Below are positions 12,691 to 21,247 of a stretch of DNA of 64,000 bases, piece after piece; position 1 is the stretch's first letter, and the number at the start of each line of letters is the position of its first letter. A model generated the notes under the pieces. That model ran no database searches, had not been told where the DNA came from, and worked only from the letters and a program-made list of their open reading frames with translations. The translations under genes were made by a program, and so were the position numbers. Source of the DNA: Anthoceros angustus (taxonomy: Eukaryota; Plantae; Anthocerotophyta). The stretch lies in contig MU008222.1 in assembly GCA_010909165.1 (NCBI GenBank), positions 43,965-107,964 on the forward strand, written 5' to 3'.

Positions 12691-14810
12691 ACAACTTCCT
12701 TGCCTCCTGCAACATCAGACGAAATTGCAGCTTGGCATAAGAAAGACGAGAGCACGCAGCACTCTCATTTCAGCATTAGATAAAAGCATGTTGCCCCACA
12801 CTCAAGGCCAGAACACATCAGCAGAAGTATGGAATGTCTTTAAGGACATGTTCCAAGCCCAAAGCTCCATGTCCCTGATCAACGCCACACGTCAATTCTA
12901 CTCGCTAAAGATGAGAGAGCAAGGCGTCAGAGCATAAAGATGTCACAATTTCAGTCCTTGCGGGCTGTGCTCGCAGCCGCTGGCACAATGTCACTTGAGT
13001 CAGCAGTGCGCTTGCACTACTCACCTCACTACCTCCTCCTCCTGAACCCGTCACAATTCGTAATTTTGTCTTACTAGATCCATTCAAACCACGACATATG
13101 GAGCATACCGATATACCTTTGCAGAAGTTGTAGGAGCATTGTTGGAGGAAGAGTCCAGTCGCGTAGGCAACACCAAACCCAGCACAGGACCAAACCACGC
13201 CCTCTTCACATCTCGAGGCAAGGGCGGAAGACGAGGCAGCTTCAGGCCCAACTTCTCTTCCAGGAAGCCTTTCAGCCAATCTGGAACACAGTCTTTCATC
13301 AGCGGCAACAAACAGCAGCAACGAAAGGCAACAAAAGGGACATGCAACTAGTGCAGAATTTTAGGTCACTATGAACATGAATGCAGAAAGAAGGCTGCAG
13401 GCGAACCCCGTCGTGACCTCCCAAGGCATGAGTCACATTTGTCACAAGCTTTGAAGCCTCTAGCAGCAAACTCAATTTTGGCTGTCTGCCTTACTTTTAC
13501 AAGGATGGACGCTTGCAAATGGTTTCTCGACTCTGGAGCAATGACTCACATCTGCAGCAATGAGACATGTTCACAATTTCAGGTCCTTGCGGGCTGTCGC
13601 TCAGCCGCTGGCACAATCTGAGCCGGGCGGCGGTTGCACTACTCACTACCTCCTCCCTACAACCTCTCAACCCTCGAATTTTGTCTTACTTCGGTAGTCC
13701 ATTCAAACCACGCATATGGAGCATACCGGCATATACCTTTGCGAGAGTTGTAGGAGCATTGTTGGAGGAAGAGTCGATGCGTAGGCAACACCAAACCCAA
13801 AGACAGGACCAAACCACGCCCTCTTCACATCTCGAGGCAAGGGCGGAAGGCGAGGCGACCAGCCCAACTTCTCTTCCGAAGCCTTCACCTAACGGAACAG
13901 CCTTTCAGCCGCAACAAGCAGAACGAAGGCAACAAAGGGACATGCAACTAGTGAAATTTTGGGTCACTATGAACATGAATGCGAAGAAGGTGGCGAACCT
14001 CGTGACCTCCCAAGGCATGAGTCACATTTGTCACAAGCTTTGAAGCCTCTAGCAGACAAACTCAATTTTGGCTGCCTTACTTTTACAAGGATGGGCGCTT
14101 GCAAATGGTTTCTCGACTGGAGCAATGACTCACATCTGCAGCAATGAGACATGTTCACAATTTCAGGTCCTTGCGGGCTGTCGCTCAGCCGCTGGCACAA
14201 TCTGAGCCGGGCGGCGGTTGCACTACTCACTACCTCCTCCCTACAACCTCTCAACCCTCGAATTTGTCTTACTTCGGTAGTCCATTCAAACCACAGCATA
14301 TGGAGGCATACCAGCATATACCTTTGCAGAAGTTGTAGGAGCATTGTTGGAGGAAGAGTCCAGTCGCGTAGGCAACACCAAACCCAGCACAGGACCAAAC
14401 CACGCCCTCTTCACATCTCGAGGCAAGGGCGGAAGACGAGGCGACCAGCCCAACTTCTCTTCCGAAGCCTTCACCTAACGGAACAGCCTTTCAGCCGCAA
14501 CAAGCAGAACGAAGGCAACAAAGGGACATGCAACTAGTGAAATTTTGGGTCACTATGAACATGAATGCGAAGAAGGTGGCGAACCTCGTGACCTCCCAAG
14601 GCATGAGTCACATTTGTCACAAGCTTTGAAGCCTCTAGCAGCAAACTCAATTTTGGCTGTCTGCCTTACTTTTACAAGGATGGACGCTTGCAAATGGTTT
14701 CTCGACTCTGGAGCAATGACTCACATCTGCAGCAGCCGAGACATGTTCACCTCATATCACAGCACATTATCTGACCAGCATGTGTTACTCGGTGACAGTT
14801 GTTGCTTTGC
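12691..14810 (+). mobile_element. Inverted internal copia segment (gag to protease N-terminus) with three tandem copies of an approximately 0.6-kb gag-CCHC-PR unit
   Basis: On the plus strand: AAWHKKD..STLISALD, LVGALLEEE, C-x2-C-x4-H-x4-C knuckle and WFLDSGAMTHIC. The unit restarts near 12944, 13569 and 14156. Confidence 0.88.
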
Positions 14811-14966
14811 TGTTCCATCCACTACGGACATTAGATCGTGCTCCTCTAGGAGCGCGATGATGCGCATTTGCCATGCGTCAAAGTCACTTCCGTTGAAGCG
14901 ATCTCTATCGCGAAACTCTATCTTTGGTGTGACCACTGAGGGTGCATGTGATGCAAGAGTGGTCAT
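14811..14966 (-). pseudogene. Copia gag N-terminus
   Basis: MTTLASHAPS..RFNGSDFDAWQMRIIALLEEHDLMSVVDG. Confidence 0.85.
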
Positions 14967-15541
14967 TGTTTGCTGTTGGAAGAGCTTGGCAACCTTCTTG
15001 CCCAAGACTTTTTGGGCGTGTAACTTAAGGGGATGAAAGGATAGCATCTACCAGAGGGGGGTTCCTATACTAGGTAAGATCCTGCCGTACCTACATGCGG
15101 AGATGTGTCGCAAGCTTGCTGACTGCCAGGCGCAGCGCTTCTAGTTGTGATTCCATACAGGCGAGTTGGATCCTGAGGCAGTCCTATGTGGAAGGAAATC
15201 TAGAGGCGGGTGCATAAGAGAAATCATAAGGCCGAGCTGGTACAGGGATTGACCGAGTGTATGTGTTTGGATTTGGTGCTGGACGCGATTGAGAGCCGCT
15301 GCATCTCTGATCAGACGGAGGTGGCTTGCGTCCAGCGAGCTTGCCTAGGCATTACATTCACAGTCTTTGCAGATGCAATCTGCTGGGCGCTTTCGGTAGG
15401 TGCGTGGCTTCTTTGGTCATATACAGGCATCTTGCTTGTCCCAAGATTTCTGTTGCTAATTGCTGCTGGCGCGTTGCAGGGCCATGGCGGTAGTGAAGGA
15501 CAGTAGCAGTAGCGAGGCGGCCGAGCAGTATAAGCGGGATA

Positions 15542-15553
15542 GCTCTAATACCA
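15542..15553 (-). promoter_or_regulatory. Primer-binding site, tRNA-iMet type (TGGTATTAGAGC)
   Basis: Directly follows the 5' LTR, with one mismatch to the canonical TGGTATCAGAGC. Confidence 0.9.
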
Positions 15554-15798
15554 TAAAGTGGAATGCAAGATGCAATTAGAGAAGAAGATAATTTTGATTA
15601 GGCTGGTCGGCTCTTATGCAATTTGTCTTAACCACATTACGGTTATAACAAGTAACTGCAAATACCAGTATAACTATCTAAACCGATTATCGAATAATGT
15701 TTTCTATTTATATTAATATACATGCTAAACAGCTTAATCACGAACCGTGCCCTAAATCCTAGGCCCTGATCCGCAGTGCATTCAAAACTGCTCCAACA
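15554..15798 (-). repeat. 5' LTR of the copia element
   Basis: 245-bp match to 8753-8997. Confidence 0.95.
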
Positions 15799-15990
15799 CC
15801 TATGGTACAAGTGTACTAGGAAGGTGGAGACAAAGCTGATTTTGGCCTCCTTGCTTATTAGATGATTCCTATGAGCCACCGCCTGCTCATAAAGAATGCT
15901 TGCCCAGTCTACCAATTTCCCTTTGGACATCTCGTGGATCATCATCAGGTGGGAATTGCCTATGTAGGTAGGTCTTCATGGCTGCACAAG
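15799..15990 (-). pseudogene. 5' part of the TE-associated ORF disrupted by the copia; resembles Athila-type accessory ('plant transposon protein') ORFs
   Basis: GNSHLMMIHEMSKGKLVDWASILYEQ...FVSTFLVHLYH. The GKxVDWA and FLxHLY motifs were recalled by eye. Confidence 0.55.
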
Positions 15991-16599
15991 TCAGCCCTCC
16001 TTTTGCTTACTTCCCTCCCTAGTCTGATAGGTTGCTCCTCTTACCCTCCAATTTCTATCCTTGTGTGTGCTCCCTCTGTGCAGATGGTGAGAATTGTGAG
16101 GACGGGTGGCAGCACCCGACTCAAGGGGATGGGAGGAAGGCAGTGTCGCCCACACCTCCTAGTCGTGGCAAAGGCAAGAAGCATCCCATGCCTGAGTTCG
16201 ACTGCCGCCCCATCCAAATCTCACCACGAGACTTAGATGCTTTCGAGCGTTATGCTGAAGAATTGAAGATGGAGTGGCTGTACTTAGTGCCATGATGGCA
16301 CTTCTCAAGCCCGGCGTTGGTCTGGTCCCCTGGTAATGGCTGACGAGTGTCAATGTTCAAGGAAAGAAAGTGGAATCTCTTCACGAAGATTTGCTCTGCA
16401 GACTCGAACTTGTCCCCTCGAACTCCTCTCCAACAAGCGCGCTAGGGGCAGCCTCTCAGTTCCAGCAATCGCTCACCCTTCCCCACCGCGTCGATGCTCT
16501 CCTCCTAGCTCCTCGCCAACTCACCGCGCGCCTCCTCTTCTCAATCCTCCATCTCATACGGGTCACAGCTCCACCTCGCGCTTCCTCGCCTGTCATGTA

Positions 16600-17900
16600 G
16601 GATGAAGCGAGAAGCCAAAGCAGGGGCAGAGAGGGCCCAACTGCCTAGAAAAGCCGCCGGGGAAGAGACCTCTAGTGAGAGCAGACATGTGTCTCCAAAT
16701 TGCACAGGTAGGGACGCTTGCCAGCGGGCTAGATCGCCCATAGGACACTCAAAAGCCCCTGAGCCTAGGATGTCCCCAAGAGTATCCATAATCTTCCGAT
16801 CAAACCGCCGCAGCTGGGACAAAAGGGTTGGGGACGGAGGCAGCGTACGGATGAGGTAACCAGGGCGCCTAGCAAAACAAGAGGAAAGAATTCCAAAGGC
16901 CACCTGTGTATCCTCCAGCAAAGGGAGGTTCTCGACATGGGAGAGGTCCTTTGCGAGAGCCTGGTCCAGGAAGCTCCCAATAAAGTCAGGGGAAACAAAG
17001 GGGACCCTTAGAATCCGTAGTCCCAAGGTCGGAGCAATCTCCCCAGCACGAAGCTGCAAATTAGGTAAAATCTCCGACGGAGACTAGACGCGACAGTTGG
17101 ACAGCTTGACCTTCAAGCCCACCAAAGGTCACCTACTGTCACCACCTTGTGGAGGATCGCCGTTGAGAGCGCTCGTTGAAGGGCAATTGAAACCCGTTGT
17201 CGGAAGTATGCTGTAAAGTACAAGAGGGATGATCACCGGTATGCGTAAGCTTGGCACAGGACTTGACAAATTTATCAAGTCCTCACCATTGCCTCGTTTC
17301 TAGTGCAAGCGGAATAAAGAGGTGGCCCGCTTGCATCCTGCTATATTTGCGGACCTTGAGAGCCGCTGCTCCGGCAGTAGCCCAACCTGGACGGTTAGTG
17401 ATGACCTCAGCGGAGATGGTGTCACGTGTAAGATCGGTAACCACCACATCTGTCACCGAAACCTGGTCGCCACGGACAAGGTACAAGTCAGCCCTGATTG
17501 AACGACATGTACGAAGAGTATACACCCGCTCCCTCCAGGCCATGTAGCCACTTTCACGAGCGATGGCGAACATGACATCACGGATGGCATCGTGAGTGGC
17601 AATGCGATGACCCCCATGGGGATAACGAGCAAGGTGTACCCCAGAATCATCAAGGGTAGAGCCGCACTCGCAAGTAAGGAGCGAAGAAGCCACAAGCTGG
17701 AGCAGGCCAAGACGGAATCGCATCGCAATAGTGAAGGTGGTTGGTACGATAGAAAACCCCGTATGCATGGGCGGGCCAGTAGCCAACACCTAAGCCCTTC
17801 CCAGAACAAGAGCGGAGCCACGCTCTTGTGGACCTGGGGATGGAGGGGTCCTAAGGCGCTAGGGGAGGCTAGTGCATGGCCATATGAGCTACAGGCACTG
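16600..17900 (-). mobile_element. CRE-like RLE non-LTR retrotransposon fragments in permuted order (zinc knuckle and endonuclease 17900-17130, then RT-thumb 17130-16600)
   Basis: CECGSTLDDSGVHLAR..GGHRIATHDAIRD, RADL..DVVV, KVRKY, FIPLALET, SIALQRA. Thumb region GLRILRVP..PAAFLGSW. Confidence 0.85.
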
Positions 17901-17989
17901 CTGGCATGCTGTTTGCAGGCCGTTTATTCTTCCTACATATGACATTGTGGGTGCAATAAATGATTTTAGGTAGGGAGCTCAGTTGCTCC

Positions 17990-18069
17990 TCTCCACCTCG
18001 ACCCCCAAGTCCCATGTGGCTGTCCCCTCGTGGATGGGCTCTTCCCATCGTTTTTCACCTCAATAAAAA
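17990..18069 (+). mobile_element. 3' UTR end of the CRE-like element
   Basis: ggctgtcccc..gatgggctcttcccatcgtttttcacctcaataaaaa aligns with the 3' UTR end of the element at 26012 and 27382. Confidence 0.7.
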
Positions 18070-18185
18070 CTCTCTCCTATGTCACATATTTTGACCTAAA
18101 GAAGGTTACCTTTAGATCGTTTTTCACCTCAATAAAAACTCTCTCCTATGACACATATTTTGACCTAAAGAAGGTTACCTTTAGA
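18047..18185. repeat. 69-bp tandem duplication spanning the CRE 3' end and flank
   Basis: Two copies starting at 18047 and 18116, with one substitution seen. Confidence 0.9.
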
Positions 18186-18388
18186 AGCTACATAAGTATA
18201 CCTCAAGATGCTACCTGTAGAAGCTATACAGTACTCGTGGGAACTGCAGGGGGAGCTGGAGTTCGTAGCACAGATGATTTGCGATGTTGCACCATCTCTG
18301 TTGCAGCTACTTAGGTTGGATAGGTGCGCGGAGCCTATCGCAGCCGGCAGGACAGGAAATTGAATCCGGACGGGACTTTGCAACCAGC

Positions 18389-20064
18389 ATGCCTCGACGC
18401 AGGAAACCTAAGGAATACTCTTCGCTGGAATCACCACAACCATGGGAGCAGAACCGGCAAAAGGAGAAGCAGGAGAAAAGGAAGGAGATGGAGAAGGAGA
18501 AGGAGAACAAGGCGGCTCAAGTGAGCACGCCGTTGGACGTGGCGTTATCGAGTGAGCCCCTTACGCCTCTCCCGCTTCAGGCGCCTCACAATGACGGTGG
18601 CTCGGAGGGGAGCCAGAGGATTCCTGACGCTCCGGCAGCCTATCTCTCGCAATACAGAAATATGCCCGCCGCTTCTGTCCAAGCGGCTGCTGGCGCTGGT
18701 GTCAACAGGGAGGACACACAAAGTGCGGATGAAATGTCCCAAAGTTCATGGCCGCGGCCTTCTCGTGGCAGAGGACGAGGACCTGGGGGAGGACCAGGAC
18801 CAGGACCAGGACGAGGGCGCGGTGCAGATCGCATCGATGCCCTTGGCAGGCAGATGTAAGTGCATAGGTCCAAGTTGCACCGGTGCTTACGTCTCTGACC
18901 GGTGGAGGTAGCAAGATAGCGATTTTGATGCCCTTCTACTTCGATTGCAGGACCGCAATACTACGGCACGGGGCTGTAGATTTTAAGCACGTTATGAGGA
19001 GTGGAGGTAGCAAGATTGCGATTTTGATGCCCTTCTATTTCGGTTGCAGGACCGCAATACTACGGCACCGGGCTGTCGATTTTAAGCTCGTTATGAGGAG
19101 TGATGGCTACGTTGAAGTAGCTGAGCTGTTGAAGCTGAAAGTGAGAACATCAGCAGGCGTGCCCTTGAACTTACACACGATCGAGGAGGTCTTCGAGGTA
19201 CTGCTTCCACTAAGTTGTTCAGCATGCGCTATCTGAATGTTTCCAGCATACTTCTCACTGCCCCTTGCACTCCAACAGGCCGTAGCTCGTGATAAGAAAC
19301 AGAGATTTGGGCTGCGGAATGAGAATGACAAGGTCTTTATAAGGGCTAACCAAGGTCATTCCATTGAGGTAAAACCTGTGTCCTACCGGAAATAAGGGTA
19401 TGACGAAGCGAATGTAAGCCCTATCTGATGCAGCACGGAACTGCCATGACTTGATCCATTTCAGGTGGTCAAGACAGAGGACCTGCTAAAACCAATTCTG
19501 TCTGCACAAGACGTTCCAGGTCTTGAGCCTGAGCAAGTTGTGTTGCCAGTAAGGTACAATTGTTTAAATTTTCTTCTGCCAAAGCTGAGGTGGTTTTCCT
19601 TGTGAAGTATGTGTTCATGGAACATACTGCAAGAACCTGGATGGAATAAAGAAGGAGGGGCTGAAAACAATGGGGCGGCTGCACATTCACTTTGCTACAG
19701 GCTTGCCAAGAGGCAACGGAGTTATCAGTGGTGAGTGTAAAGTTGACAATTAACTGGGGCTAGAGTATGTCATGTATTGCTGCAGTCTGACACGCCCATG
19801 TGTGGTCGTTACCAGGAATGCGAGGAACTTCTGAAGTTCTGATCCATCTGGATGTCGATAAAGCTCTAAAGGGTGACGACTCTGCACCGGACGCGCTTTG
19901 CATATTTTTATCACGGTTGCGCACCCTTTTCTAATGCTCTACTTTGAGTGGCAGATGGGATGAAACTTTTCATTTCAGACAACGGCGTCATTCTCACAGA
20001 AGGGTTCGACGGTGTTGTTCCCGCAGCATACTTTCGGAATGTGGAGTTCGTGTCCGGAAAGTAA
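18389..20064 (+). CDS. TPT1: tRNA 2'-phosphotransferase (Tpt1/KptA family), 7 exons, with a long low-complexity RG/GP-rich N-terminus
   Basis: Splicing at GT-AG sites gives MTAILRH..MRSDGYV, KQRFGL..IRANQGHSIE, VCVHGTY, MGRLHIHFATGLP, ISGMRG and DGMKLFISDNGVILTEGFDGVVP, with stop TAA at 20062-20064. Confidence 0.93.
18902..19099 (+). repeat. 99-bp tandem duplication of the intron-1 acceptor and exon-2 start of TPT1
   Basis: Copies at 18902 and 19001 differ by 6 substitutions. Acceptor AGs end at 18950 and 19049. Confidence 0.93.
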
Positions 20065-20331
20065 AAATGTCAGTCAGTACCGGCTCTTGAGCCTTCCTTC
20101 CACCCTTGCCTTTTGGTAGCCCCTAAGCGTGCTTGGGACTGCAGAAGGAGGAGGGGGTGTGCCAGGGGTTTAATTATAGCGTATAGGCATTTCATTACTG
20201 CAGGGCACAAGTCAAGGGAGCACCACACCTAGGCTAATTCATTGGGAGACGGCCACGGGAATTCCTTGTGGGTCGCAACGATTCTTCCTATCAGGTCTTT
20301 CCACCCACAGCGATTCAACGCTCCAAGTCAT

Positions 20332-21057
20332 TCAGAGCTTGGCAAAACCTAGGCCACGCGAGATGCCCAAGCCGGCCCGCAGGTCCTCAATCTCCCGCTT
20401 GAACATCTCCAGCTTCAGAGTCTTGTAGACGACGCGATCGTACCTTTTGGCAGCGAGCTGCTTGGCCCGCATCAAGGCAGCCGCCAAGGTGGCGTCCGCA
20501 TCAGGCAGAGCTGCCTCCACGAAACCGGCTTCCACTGCAGCTTGGCCGGCATAGCGGGAGGCCGCCAGCACGGCGCGGTGGTAGGTGGCAGCCGGGAGCT
20601 TGCAGCGCACCACGGCATTCATGCCGGGGGGAAGCGGCAGCCGATTGTCCACCTCGTTGAGGAAGATGAGGCCCTTGTCTGCGCGCATGAACCTGTGGTC
20701 ATGAGCAAGAACCATCATGCAGCCGGCGGCCACGGCGTGCCCGCGCACCGCCGCTACCGTGGGCACCGGGAAGCACAGCAGCCGCTCCAGCAGCGCGTGC
20801 GTCTGCAGAATCACCTCCTCGTGATCTTCAGGATGCGCCGTCACGTGGCGCAGGTCCAGCCCGTTGGAGAAAAAGCGGCCATCGTTAGTGGTGATGAGCG
20901 CAGCGGCGTCCGGGGCCGCCTCCACCTTGTCCAGCGCTGCCTGCAGATCTGCCAACGTCTTGGGGTTCAGCCGGTGCTCACCATCCCCGGACAGTCGCAG
21001 CTCGTAAACTCCATCTCCTAACGCATGTACGGCTGCAAAAATCCGCTCCTCTGCCAT
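20332..21057 (-). CDS. ECI: Peroxisomal delta3,delta2-enoyl-CoA isomerase (crotonase family; ECI/IBR10-like), intronless, 241 aa
   Basis: EHRLNP, GRFFSNGLDL, PTVAAVRGHAVAAG, LAHDHRFMRADKGLIFLNEV. The C-terminal AKL is a PTS1 signal. Confidence 0.9.
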   Translation of the reverse strand: MAEERIFAAVHALGDGVYELRLSGDGEHRLNPKTLADLQAALDKVEAAPDAAALITTNDGRFFSNGLDLRHVTAHPEDHEEVILQTHALLERLLCFPVPTVAAVRGHAVAAGCMMVLAHDHRFMRADKGLIFLNEVDNRLPLPPGMNAVVRCKLPAATYHRAVLAASRYAGQAAVEAGFVEAALPDADATLAAALMRAKQLAAKRYDRVVYKTLKLEMFKREIEDLRAGLGISRGLGFAKL

Positions 21058-21247
21058 CACACACGCTTCCACAGCTGCTGCTATCCAGCGTCGAGCCCCC
21101 TGCAGCTGCAGACTGCGGCCGTTTCCCAAAGCGTGTGTGTAAAGCAGGCTCACTAAAAAGTCTCCTTGACACTGGGTAGGTGCCTGGATGTATATCCGCC
21201 TACGCAATAAATTTGCACCAAACTATTTCTCCGCCGGGCTGCCGGGC

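Larger units (their letters stand above)
8753..15798 (-). mobile_element. Full-boundary Ty1/copia LTR retrotransposon (7046 bp), internally rearranged and degenerate
   Basis: Two 245-bp LTRs, 5-bp TSD CCTAT (8748-8752 and 15799-15803), PBS and PPT, and gag, PR, INT, RT and RH motifs. Confidence 0.97.

Noticed and set aside
15210-15506. 98-aa antisense ORF in the copia 5' leader with a hydrophobic C-terminal half
   Set aside because: It starts at GTG, with no homology, splice signal or second copy in support; it cannot be distinguished from chance.
20542-21021. 159-aa plus-strand ORF
   Set aside because: It is the antisense shadow of the GC-rich ECI coding sequence.
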